Made by a program: the position numbers and the translations under genes | Part shown: piece after piece, positions 8,917 through 17,431 of the stretch | How positions within the stretch are numbered: the stretch's first letter is position 1 | How the letters are laid out: each line of letters begins with the position of its first letter | Origin: Nitrospirota bacterium | GTDB taxonomy: Bacteria > Nitrospirota > Thermodesulfovibrionia > Thermodesulfovibrionales > UBA1546 | Assembly (NCBI GenBank): GCA_021824065.1 | Contig: JAKALU010000001.1 | Span: 16,154 to 80,153 of the forward strand | DNA: 64,000 nucleotides | Direction of reading: 5' to 3' | The notes under the pieces: model-generated | What the model was told of the DNA's origin: nothing | The model's input: the letters and a program-made list of their open reading frames with translations, nothing else | Database searches by the model: none

Positions 8917-10029
8917 TCAAACCTCTGGTAATCCCAACTCTTCAAACACCTGCTGGACAAATGTATCTGCTTGTTTGTGGTCAAGGGTTCTGTTAAAGAA
9001 TGCCTCGAAAAGTTTTGCCTTTAAGTCTTTAAGGTATTTTTCATAGTCGTTGATTGCGTTTATTAATACGGGTGTTTTCTTGGGAATTTTTATTACAAAG
9101 CTATCAGGTTTTTGTGCATAGACGATATACTTTGCTTCATCGAAGCTTGAGGCGTCGTACTTAAAGCCGCTATCTGAAATGACTTCCTGTTGTCCTATGA
9201 AGTACGAGCCGAGCTTTAAGGTTTCGCCCGTGACAGAGATTTCTTTGCTATCCTTGAGGTGTTTTGAATCAATGAATTCTTCTGGAAATTTCTTAACGCC
9301 GTCAGGGATGATTTCTTCAATAATCTGCTCCTTGAGATTTTCAATATCCTTCTGAGTCTTTGCTTGCTTTATTTTCTTGCGTGATTTAGCAAGGTCAATT
9401 CTTTCTCTTACCATTTCAGTAAGCCCATCATATAAAGGCTTGAGATATTTTTTAGGGTCAAGCCTCAACGCCTCAAGCACAGCACTGTCCAGCGCCTGCC
9501 TGTCTTTCATCTTGACCTCTTCAAAGATGGGTTTGATTGGGCGGGTAAAGAGGGTATTGAAAGCTTTCAATATTTTTTCTTTTTGCTTGGTAGCGATTTT
9601 CTCTACATTAGGAACTAAAAGGCTATTTATATCAGGGCCATAGAATGTCAGCAAGCCCTCGCCGAGATTCAAACGACCCAGAAGTTCTACACCCAAAAAA
9701 GTAATACTTGAATTTAAAAGGGCAGAATTTATAAAAGCATCTTTCTTATTGCGAAACACACCCTCAAAAGCTATGTCACCAATTAATGATTGTGACTTAT
9801 TTGCTGGAAAATAAAAGCGTTCACTTATGAAGCGATTAACGACAAAATGTCCTGGTTTTCTTTCACCTATTCCATACCAAAAAGTCCTTCCCTGAACCGA
9901 GGGAACTTCTGGAAAGGGTATTCCTTCTTTCTTGTGCCCGCGACCACCTTTTGTTTTTTGTTTTTCACCCCACTCAATGTAACTTAGAACTCCAGTTTTC
10001 TTTGCCTTTCTAAGTTCTTTTTTGTCCAA
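8917..10029 (-). CDS. C-terminal (target-recognition-like) segment of a type IIG R-M enzyme, in-frame with the upstream ORF
   Basis: Same reading frame as 10051..12402 (12402-10029 = 2373 = 3x791). The listed start is TTG. Sequence YIEWGEKQ...GRTFWYGIG...ALLNSSITFLGVELLGRLNLGEGLL resembles the region downstream of the catalytic domain in large gamma-class N6-adenine methyltransferases. Confidence 0.6.
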   Translation of the reverse strand: MDKKELRKAKKTGVLSYIEWGEKQKTKGGRGHKKEGIPFPEVPSVQGRTFWYGIGERKPGHFVVNRFISERFYFPANKSQSLIGDIAFEGVFRNKKDAFINSALLNSSITFLGVELLGRLNLGEGLLTFYGPDINSLLVPNVEKIATKQKEKILKAFNTLFTRPIKPIFEEVKMKDRQALDSAVLEALRLDPKKYLKPLYDGLTEMVRERIDLAKSRKKIKQAKTQKDIENLKEQIIEEIIPDGVKKFPEEFIDSKHLKDSKEISVTGETLKLGSYFIGQQEVISDSGFKYDASSFDEAKYIVYAQKPDSFVIKIPKKTPVLINAINDYEKYLKDLKAKLFEAFFNRTLDHKQADTFVQQVFEELGLPEV

Positions 10030-10050
10030 GTTGCAGTAAAGAACCGAGAA

Positions 10051-12402
10051 TTAAATTTTTTTAGGATCAATTTCTATAGATTCGATTTCTTTAGGAGAAG
10101 TAACTAAGGGAAGAAGAAATTCTTTTTCGATACCCCAATGCGTAATCTTTTCATCTGTTAGATGGAAAAATTCATTTATCCCTGTCTTAATACCGAAACT
10201 TACTTCTGCCACTTCCTCTAATGTCACAATTTTGTCTTTGCATCTACCCAATATCTCAAAATAAATCTCCGGCGCTCTGAAATACTGTCCCCATTTGACG
10301 GTCTTCCTTGCTTCCTCTACTTGCTCAAGAAGTTCACCCTGCCTTAAAACCCTGATTCTGAAATTGTCGTCTTCATAAGTCTCATGACCTTTTAAGTCAT
10401 TTATAAACTTTGTGCCTTTCAGCTTGTAATGCTCTGCTCCTGCCTTTTCAGTTGCATGAATTAACTTATCGAGTCCTAACCATCTCTGCATTGGAAGTTT
10501 AATGTCCCATGGAATTAGTTCTTTAAGTCTCTTTTTAATCTTTACAAACTTTACATTGTTGTCATCTCTCTGTTCTTTGTCTCTACAACGCTCAAGCACT
10601 GTAACAACTGTGTTTACCGCAGCGTCCTCAAACCACGGCTCGCAGCGCGACTCAATGATTGCGACAATCTTAAAGTTCTTTAAGAAGAATTTCTGCATTT
10701 CGTATCCATATGCAACATCAAGCCACGAGTTGGATGTAACAATACCCATTCTGCCAGCGTCTTTTAGATGTTTTGCCGTGTGGAAGAACAAATAGGCGTA
10801 TATATCAGCCTGACCGGAAAGCTTTAATTCTCCATCTTCAAAAAGCTCCGGATAATCCTGCCGCCAGCCCTGTGTAAGAACTTTTATAAGCGTGTTTTTA
10901 TATCCCTTAATCCTTTTCTCGATTAGCTCCTGTCTGATGTACGGAAAATTGCCGACAATTCCATCGAAAAGAGGAATCTTTTCATCTATCAAGAACCCCC
11001 CGTTTAATTCCCCCCTTGCTAAGGGGGGAGGTGAGGGGGGTATAGGTTTAGGCGGAGGGAATTTAAAAGTATCATCAGGCTTAACTTCAAAAAAATCCTT
11101 TGAGATTACCCTCGGAAAATTCGCATAATCCTCTATGTTCTGCTTGTAAAGATTAATCGTTGCAAGTTCGGCAGGGAAATGGGCAACATCAATCCCCCAT
11201 ATTTGGGAGAGAAGCTTCTTATGATCTTTTTCTCCAGAATTTCTTAATCGGTCATAGGCCCTTATAAGAAATGTCCCGGTTCCGCATGTGGGGTCTAAGA
11301 CCTTATCGGATTTTGACCTTACACAGAAAGCGGTTATCATATCAACAAGGTTTTCATTTGTGAAATACTGTCCAAGTGCGTGCCGTTCTTCAGGCGGTAT
11401 CAGCTTTTCAAAGACATTCCCAACAACATCCTGCGGCATGTGTGAGAAGTTATACCTGTTGAGGTCGTCAAGAAGATTTGTCAGGGGTTCAATTCCTGTT
11501 GACGGAAAAGGCACCTTATCTGGAAAATCTTCTTCAAACACAGCCTGATAATCAATCTGCCTTGCAATCTCAAAATATTCATTCAGTTTCTCTGAAATTT
11601 TGGATGGATTTACCCCATGCAAATCAAGCTTTGGCACATCTGTTCTGAATCTTCTTAATGTGAGATAGAAAAGAATTTTGCCAAGAAGCCTGTAAACAAG
11701 CTGCCTCGATACAACTTCAAAGAATGGCTCGCCGGCTTCATAAGTTGAAATGCCCTGCTTTACAGCCCAGTCAAAAAGCCCTTCTTTAAACTTGTGGCTT
11801 TTTCCTATCTCTGAAATCAATGATTTGTGAATGTGTGGCCAGAGGGTTTTAACCGCCTCAGAGAGCTTATGAACAAAGAAAACAGAATCAACTTCTATGA
11901 GGTGAAGATGTCCTTCTCTTTGAAGAGTCGTAAGGTCGTTTAAAATCTCTTTTGCTTTTGCTTTGAGAAGTTCCTGTTTAAAAACTACCCAAAGGTCATC
12001 AGGAGATGAAACTTGAGAAATCGGAGAGTAAGTCTTCAGGCGGTGAATTCTTGAAACTTCTTCAGTCCAGAGAGGAGTTCTCCAGATAACTGCATCCCTC
12101 ATATTCCATGTAACAAAATAATCTGCACGCATTGCCCTTGCCTTCTCAGCAGCATTACTAAGAAGCTCATGGTCATCAACAGGGGTAGCTGGAGTTTTTA
12201 ATTCCCATCCGCAAAAACCTTGATGAGCTTTTCTGTTAAGCCATATCTGAATATCAGGAAATTTTGTTTTCTTTTCTGAAACTTTTACAGAGGGGTCTGA
12301 TGAAGCAACTTCAAAAGGATACGAGCCAGCTTTCAAAAACTCATTAAGCCAGGATGTAACCTGACTCATAAATTCTCTTTCATTGGATTTTATGTCAGAC
12401 AT
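10051..12402 (-). CDS. Type IIG restriction-modification enzyme, N-terminal nuclease-like region plus N6-adenine methyltransferase domain (ends at an in-frame TAA)
   Basis: Motif I VLDPTCGTGTFL preceded by GQYFTNENLVDMI, and motif IV GNFPYIRQE (gamma-class order). The N-terminal FPDIQIW...GWELKTP fits a PD-(D/E)xK pattern. Confidence 0.75.
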   Translation of the reverse strand: MSDIKSNEREFMSQVTSWLNEFLKAGSYPFEVASSDPSVKVSEKKTKFPDIQIWLNRKAHQGFCGWELKTPATPVDDHELLSNAAEKARAMRADYFVTWNMRDAVIWRTPLWTEEVSRIHRLKTYSPISQVSSPDDLWVVFKQELLKAKAKEILNDLTTLQREGHLHLIEVDSVFFVHKLSEAVKTLWPHIHKSLISEIGKSHKFKEGLFDWAVKQGISTYEAGEPFFEVVSRQLVYRLLGKILFYLTLRRFRTDVPKLDLHGVNPSKISEKLNEYFEIARQIDYQAVFEEDFPDKVPFPSTGIEPLTNLLDDLNRYNFSHMPQDVVGNVFEKLIPPEERHALGQYFTNENLVDMITAFCVRSKSDKVLDPTCGTGTFLIRAYDRLRNSGEKDHKKLLSQIWGIDVAHFPAELATINLYKQNIEDYANFPRVISKDFFEVKPDDTFKFPPPKPIPPSPPPLARGELNGGFLIDEKIPLFDGIVGNFPYIRQELIEKRIKGYKNTLIKVLTQGWRQDYPELFEDGELKLSGQADIYAYLFFHTAKHLKDAGRMGIVTSNSWLDVAYGYEMQKFFLKNFKIVAIIESRCEPWFEDAAVNTVVTVLERCRDKEQRDDNNVKFVKIKKRLKELIPWDIKLPMQRWLGLDKLIHATEKAGAEHYKLKGTKFINDLKGHETYEDDNFRIRVLRQGELLEQVEEARKTVKWGQYFRAPEIYFEILGRCKDKIVTLEEVAEVSFGIKTGINEFFHLTDEKITHWGIEKEFLLPLVTSPKEIESIEIDPKKI
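11010..11028. repeat. GC-rich palindrome CCCCCC-TTGCTAA-GGGGGG embedded in the methyltransferase CDS
   Basis: Read directly. The surrounding G/C runs (10996..11058) translate as PPKPIPPSPPPLARGELNGG. Confidence 0.85.
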
Positions 12403-12463
12403 TCAATATTAAGCCACTGCTTTTTCTGATTTCATCCATGCAGACAGCAACTCCCCTGTTGCC

Positions 12464-13432
12464 TCACACTATCCCCTGCCTCAATATGTCATGCAGATGG
12501 ATTATGCCCTTTGTTCTTCCTTCTTCATCGGGAACTACGAGGGATGTTATGGATTTGCTTTCCATCAATGACAGGGCTTTTGCAGCAAGCTCGTCTTCGC
12601 CTATGGTCTTCGGGTTTTTAGTCATCACCTCTCCTGCCTTCATGTCAAAAACACCCTTGCCCCATTTTTCTATCCCCCGTCTCAGGTCGCCGTCTGTAAT
12701 AATGCCGAGAATTTTTTTATCAGAGGCAGCAACCACTGTAACTCCAAGCCTTTTTGATGATATCTCCATAACAGCCTTTGTCATCGGTGTGTCCTGAGAT
12801 ACTACAGGGAGGGCATCTCCTGTGTGCATAAGGTCTTTAACCTTTATGAATAATTTTTTCCCGAGGCTTCCGCCTGGATGGAAAAATGCAAAATCCTCTT
12901 CCTTATACCCCCTTTTCATTAAAAGCGCAACTGCCACGGCATCGCCCATTGCCAGAGTTGCAGTTGTTGATGCTGTGGGAACGACTCCGAGAGGGCAGGC
13001 CTCCTCTTTTACAGATACATCAAGATTTACTTCCGCTGCTTTTGAAAGTGTTGAATTTGGGTCCCCTGTCATGGAGATAAGGCTGACATTAAATCTCTTT
13101 AAAAACGGTATTAATCCCACAAGCTCATCTGTTTCGCCGCTGTTTGAGATTGCGATTATCACATCATCAGAAGTTACCATGCCGAGGTCTCCATGGCTTG
13201 CCTCAGCAGGGTGCAAAAAAAATGCAGGCGTACCAGTTGATGATAGTGTAGCTGCTATTTTTTTCCCTACGAGGCCAGACTTTCCCATGCCGGTTACAAC
13301 AACCCTGCCCTTGCTTTTAAAAATAATCTCAACTGCCTTTTCAAAATTACTGTTGAGCTTTTCAATCAGCGCTGAAACAGCATCAGCCTCTGTCTTTAAA
13401 ACTTTTTTTGCTATGTCGAGAATATTATCCAT
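12464..13432 (-). CDS. kdsD: Arabinose-5-phosphate isomerase (KpsF/GutQ/KdsD family; SIS + tandem CBS)
   Basis: VVVTGMGKSG, AISNSGET and ASTTATLAMGDA (SIS domain) followed by CBS-like C-terminal repeats. Confidence 0.9.
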   Translation of the reverse strand: MDNILDIAKKVLKTEADAVSALIEKLNSNFEKAVEIIFKSKGRVVVTGMGKSGLVGKKIAATLSSTGTPAFFLHPAEASHGDLGMVTSDDVIIAISNSGETDELVGLIPFLKRFNVSLISMTGDPNSTLSKAAEVNLDVSVKEEACPLGVVPTASTTATLAMGDAVAVALLMKRGYKEEDFAFFHPGGSLGKKLFIKVKDLMHTGDALPVVSQDTPMTKAVMEISSKRLGVTVVAASDKKILGIITDGDLRRGIEKWGKGVFDMKAGEVMTKNPKTIGEDELAAKALSLMESKSITSLVVPDEEGRTKGIIHLHDILRQGIV

Positions 13433-13513
13433 GGTATATTACCCTCTAAGGAGGAAGGCATATTGTTTGAGCGGTTTATTTTGCCGATATTCCAACGGCA
13501 AAAATATAAAATC

Positions 13514-13574
13514 AAGAGGCAAAATCCTCGGAGGTCGGAACGACCGAGAATGAGCGAAAATACTATGCCTTCCT
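13514..13574. repeat. Intergenic repeat copy A (conserved arms plus variable hairpin); second copy at 51609..51675
   Basis: AAGAGGCAAAAtCCTCGGAG-gtcggaacgac-CGAGAATGAGCGAAAATACTA-tgCCTTCCT. It lies within a larger unit bounded by the inverted repeat GAGGAAGGCATA (13450..13462) / TATGCCTTCCTC (13563..13575). Confidence 0.85.
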
Positions 13575-13586
13575 CTCTGCAATAAA

Positions 13587-14057
13587 TCACTCAAACTGGC
13601 ACCTCAACCATCCCGGTGGAATTCCTTTCCTGTGCGCTTCGTCTTCAAAATCACTAATGTCTTTTTCTGCATACTTCAACTGCCTCTTTTGTTTTTCAAG
13701 ACTTCTATTAAGAGACCTTCTGCTTTTCCAGCAAAGATTATTTCTTGAAAGTGCTTTTTCTGTATCTGCTATATTTTCCTGTATCCTTTCCTTTTTGTTT
13801 TTATATTGAGTCGCTTTCTTACACCAGGATTCCTTTTCGCGTTCTTCTTTTATCTTCTGCGGATCTTCCCTTTTTTCTCCTGTCTTATCTATCTTCGTAA
13901 CCTGAGGGTTACCGTCAGATGGTTTCTTATATTTCTCAATATCTTCATTTGTAAAATAAGGGACTTGCCTTTGAGTAGTGCTATCTTCCCCTATCGCAGA
14001 AACCGAAAATAACAATATAAAAGTGATTACCAATATCCCGATAATTCTTGGCAACAT
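13587..14057 (-). CDS. Exported Lys/Glu-rich hypothetical protein
   Basis: N-terminal signal-like helix (MLPRIIGILVITFILLFSVSAIG), a charged coiled-coil-like body and three Cys. It sits inside the kds/pyrG gene string. Confidence 0.5.
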   Translation of the reverse strand: MLPRIIGILVITFILLFSVSAIGEDSTTQRQVPYFTNEDIEKYKKPSDGNPQVTKIDKTGEKREDPQKIKEEREKESWCKKATQYKNKKERIQENIADTEKALSRNNLCWKSRRSLNRSLEKQKRQLKYAEKDISDFEDEAHRKGIPPGWLRCQFE

Positions 14058-14058
14058 T

Positions 14059-14901
14059 TTATCTGCTCACCTTTGCAGCTTGCTTTGATATCAGATTATG
14101 AATCTCTTTTAGAGTCTTTAACAGATCATGAACAGTGTCCAGTTTTATCATATTAGGCCCGTCACATAATGCCTTGTCCGGCTCTGGATGAACCTCCATG
14201 AATAAACCATCAACCCCAACAGCCACTGCTGCCCTTGTTAGAGGCTCTGCAAATTCCCTTTGCCCCCCGGAAGAGCTTCCCTGCCCGCCTGGAAGCTGAA
14301 GGCTGTGGGTAATATCAAAGATAACAGGATATCCAAAAGACCTCATTATAGGAAATGCCCTGAAGTCAACAACAAGATTGTTATATCCAAATGATGTGCC
14401 CCTCTCGGTTATAGATAAATTCTGATTTCCTGTGGATGTAAATTTCTCTATTATATTTTTTATATCCCACGGCGAAAGGAACTGTCCTTTTTTAATATTC
14501 ACTGGTTTCCCTGTTTTTGATGCAGCAAGTATTAAATCTGTCTGCCTGCATAAAAAAGCAGGTATCTGCAATGCATCCAGAACCTCTGACGCAGGTTTTA
14601 TTTCTTCCACAGAATGGATGTCAGATAGGACAGGAATGTTCAGTTTGCTTTTAACATCTGCTAAAACTCTTAATCCCTTCTCTATCCCAGGGCCTCTAAA
14701 GGATTTTATTGACGTCCTGTTTGCCTTGTCGTATGAGCTTTTGAAAATAAATGGAAGACCGACATTAGAGCATATCTCCTTCAGTCTCTGAGCAGTCCGA
14801 AGGGTTATGTCTTCGGTCTCAATGACACATGGCCCGGCAATAATCAGAGGCAGGTTGTTTCGCCCCATCTTTATGCCGGATATGATTATCTCTTTGGTCA
14901 T
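14059..14901 (-). CDS. kdsA: 2-dehydro-3-deoxyphosphooctonate aldolase (KDO-8-P synthase)
   Basis: IAGPCVIE, FKSSYDKANRTS, KKGQFLSP and FDITHSLQLPGG motifs. Confidence 0.93.
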   Translation of the reverse strand: MTKEIIISGIKMGRNNLPLIIAGPCVIETEDITLRTAQRLKEICSNVGLPFIFKSSYDKANRTSIKSFRGPGIEKGLRVLADVKSKLNIPVLSDIHSVEEIKPASEVLDALQIPAFLCRQTDLILAASKTGKPVNIKKGQFLSPWDIKNIIEKFTSTGNQNLSITERGTSFGYNNLVVDFRAFPIMRSFGYPVIFDITHSLQLPGGQGSSSGGQREFAEPLTRAAVAVGVDGLFMEVHPEPDKALCDGPNMIKLDTVHDLLKTLKEIHNLISKQAAKVSR

Positions 14902-14910
14902 TTTTTAGAG

Positions 14911-16578
14911 TTAAGATAATTTTTCTTTCGCAGCCTCGCTATACGGGAAAAGCGAGCGCTTCTCTTTTAATGCAGCTCCGATGAATTCTCTGAATAATGG
15001 ATGTGGGTCTGTTGGCCTTGATTTGAACTCAGGGTGGAACTGGCATCCTAAAAACCACGGGTGGTCTCCCATTTCAATAATCTCAACAAGTTCACCGTCA
15101 GGACTCAATCCGCTTATCTTCATGCCGTGTCTTGTGAGTACACCTTTGTATGCATTGTTGAATTCATATCTATGTCTGTGCCTTTCTGCTATTTCCTTTA
15201 TCCCATACGCCCTGTAGGCATTTGTCCCTTCTTCAAGAACACAGGGATACGCACCAAGTCTCATTGTCCCGCCTTTGTCTGAGACGTCTGTTCTTTCTTC
15301 AATCCTTCCTTTTCTGAAGTCAAACCACCTTTCCATGAGATAAATGACAGGGTCTTTTGTATTGAGGTCAAATTCTGTGCTGTTGGCGTTAAGACCGCAT
15401 ACATTCCTCGCATATTCAATCACAGCACACTGCATGCCGAGACATATACCGAAATAAGGGATCTTCTTTTCGCGTGCATACTTTACAGCCTCGATCTTTC
15501 CTTCAATCCCCCTGTATCCGAATCCTCCGGGCACAAGGATACCATCAGCTTCTGCAAGATATTTATCAGCGCCGTGGACTTCGATCTCCTCTGAATCTAT
15601 CCACTGTAAATTTACCCTTGCGTCGTTTGCAATACCGCCATGTGTAAGCGCTTCTATCAGGCTTTTATAAGAATCTTTAAGTCCTACATATTTGCCTACA
15701 ATTGCTATATTTACTTCATTCCTGGGCTCTTTTATCTTTCTTACTATATCCCCCCACTGTCTCAAGTCTGTGTCTCTGGAAGGCAATCTCAGTTTATTTA
15801 TTATCTGCTGGTCAAGTCCTTCTGCATTGAGTGCCAGAGGCACTTCATATATCGTCTCAACATCCATTGCAGTTATTACGGCATCTCCATCGAGGTTACA
15901 GTGGATTGCTATCTTTTTCTTTGCCTCGAGGGTAAGAGGTCTGTCTGTCCTGCAAAGGAGGACGTCAGGCTGGATACCAATTGCACGGAGTTCTCTGACA
16001 CTGTGCTGTGAAGGTTTTGTTTTAAGTTCTCCCGATGTCTTTATATAAGGGACAAGTGTAAGATGAACATAGAGAACATTTTCCCGTCCTACATCATATC
16101 TCATCTGCCTTATTGCCTCTAAAAACGGGAGACTCTCTATGTCACCGATTGTACCGCCTATCTCAACTATCACAACATCATAGTTATTGCTTACAGATTT
16201 TATTGCACGCTTTATCTCATCAGTGATATGGGGCACCACCTGAACTGTATCCCCGAGATAATCTCCACGCCTTTCTTTTGTTATAACGTTGTAGTAAATC
16301 TTCCCTGTTGTGTAATTATTTGCCTGCGTTGTCCTTATATGTGTAAACCTCTCGTAATGCCCTATGTCAAGGTCTGTTTCAGCGCCATCATCTGTTACAA
16401 AGACCTCTCCATGCTGGAATGGGCTTAATGTTCCGGGGTCGACATTGATATAAGGGTCAAGTTTCTGGAGTGTAACCTTAAGTCCTTTTGCTTCAAGGAG
16501 TGCACCTATTGCAGAAGCAGCTATGCCTTTTCCCAGAGATGATACAACTCCACCTGTTACGAAGATAAACTTAGCCAT
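14911..16578 (-). CDS. pyrG: CTP synthase
   Basis: [19 protein letters not shown]..., [10 protein letters not shown] and the glutaminase domain GICLGMQ...HRHRYE. Confidence 0.96.
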   Translation of the reverse strand: MAKFIFVTGGVVSSLGKGIAASAIGALLEAKGLKVTLQKLDPYINVDPGTLSPFQHGEVFVTDDGAETDLDIGHYERFTHIRTTQANNYTTGKIYYNVITKERRGDYLGDTVQVVPHITDEIKRAIKSVSNNYDVVIVEIGGTIGDIESLPFLEAIRQMRYDVGRENVLYVHLTLVPYIKTSGELKTKPSQHSVRELRAIGIQPDVLLCRTDRPLTLEAKKKIAIHCNLDGDAVITAMDVETIYEVPLALNAEGLDQQIINKLRLPSRDTDLRQWGDIVRKIKEPRNEVNIAIVGKYVGLKDSYKSLIEALTHGGIANDARVNLQWIDSEEIEVHGADKYLAEADGILVPGGFGYRGIEGKIEAVKYAREKKIPYFGICLGMQCAVIEYARNVCGLNANSTEFDLNTKDPVIYLMERWFDFRKGRIEERTDVSDKGGTMRLGAYPCVLEEGTNAYRAYGIKEIAERHRHRYEFNNAYKGVLTRHGMKISGLSPDGELVEIIEMGDHPWFLGCQFHPEFKSRPTDPHPLFREFIGAALKEKRSLFPYSEAAKEKLS

Positions 16579-17366
16579 TTCTTTACCCTCTCTAAGTCCT
16601 CCGGGGTGTCAACCCCGATGGTTTCAAAGAATGTCTCTTTTACCTTTATCCTGAACCCATTCACGAGTGCGCGAAGTTGTTCAAGTTTCTCGGTCTGTTC
16701 CAATTCAACGGGCTTCGTTCCAGCAAGACTTAAAAGCACATCCTTTCTGTAGCTGTAAATGCCGATATGCTTGTACATGAATAGTTCAAAAGTTCCATAG
16801 TTCAAAAGTGCAAACCTTGTACCCCTCATCTTCTCCCCTTCTGCACTTCCGCGCTTCTGCACTTCTGCACTAAAGATATCTCTGTGATATGGTATCGGTG
16901 CCCTCGAAAAATACAAGGCAAATCCTTCCTTGTCGCAAACAACCTTAACAACATTAGGGTCAAAGATTTCTTCAGGGTTTTCTATTTTTTTCATCAGAGT
17001 CCCCATCGATGCCCGTTTATCATCGAGCAGGGTTATAACATCATCAATCATCTCAGGCCTTATCAATGGCTCATCACCCTGAACATTGACAATTATATCA
17101 TAATCCAGTGATGCAGCGACCTCTGCAATCCTGTCTGTTCCTGAGGCATGGGTTTTAGAGGTCATCACTGCCTTTCCTCCAAAAGATACAACCTTATCTA
17201 ATATATCCTTGCTGTCAGTTGCGACAATAATTTCTTTTGCGAGCTTCGATTTCCCTGAGTTCTCATACACATGCTGTATCAGTGGTTTGCCATTTAGGGG
17301 TGCAAGGGGCTTTCCCGGAAAACGGGTCGAATCATAACGGGCAGGGATAATCACAATCGCTGTCAT
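16557..17366 (-). CDS. kdsB: 3-deoxy-manno-octulosonate cytidylyltransferase (CMP-KDO synthetase) with a ~20-aa internal insertion
   Basis: [32 protein letters not shown] and HIGIYSYR motifs. It is about 20 aa longer than typical KdsB, and the extra segment is encoded by tandem words. Confidence 0.9.
   Translation of the reverse strand: MTAIVIIPARYDSTRFPGKPLAPLNGKPLIQHVYENSGKSKLAKEIIVATDSKDILDKVVSFGGKAVMTSKTHASGTDRIAEVAASLDYDIIVNVQGDEPLIRPEMIDDVITLLDDKRASMGTLMKKIENPEEIFDPNVVKVVCDKEGFALYFSRAPIPYHRDIFSAEVQKRGSAEGEKMRGTRFALLNYGTFELFMYKHIGIYSYRKDVLLSLAGTKPVELEQTEKLEQLRALVNGFRIKVKETFFETIGVDTPEDLERVKKWLSLSS
16781..16869. repeat. Two adjacent tandem-word arrays inside kdsB: ATAGTTCAAAAGT x2 (period 16) and CTTCYSCR octamer x5
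   Basis: 13-mer copies at 16781..16793 and 16797..16809. Octamers cttctccc cttctgca cttccgcg cttctgca cttctgca at 16830..16869. Translated in-frame as [31 protein letters not shown]. Confidence 0.9.
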
Positions 17367-17431
17367 TATTTTTGATAATTATATATGATTGCAGAATAAA
17401 ATTAAATAGAAATAATGTGCTAAAATTCTTC

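Noticed and set aside
10051-10053. The in-frame TAA in the R-M gene considered as stop-codon reassignment or an alternative genetic code
   Set aside because: TAA clearly terminates other well-defined genes in the window, for example queC at 2248..2250 and the upstream frameshifted ORF at 8481..8483. The window therefore does not support a reassigned code.
12822-13553. 243-aa plus-strand ORF, and similar long antisense ORFs at 44912..45658, 39123..39608, 63178..63648, 31461..31967 and 25616..26032
   Set aside because: Each lies entirely antisense to a gene with strong family motifs (kdsD, selD, rpoD, ispG, the RND pump, the MacB permease). Their translations are low-complexity (Ser/Pro/Ile-rich) with no recognisable motifs, so they are shadow ORFs.
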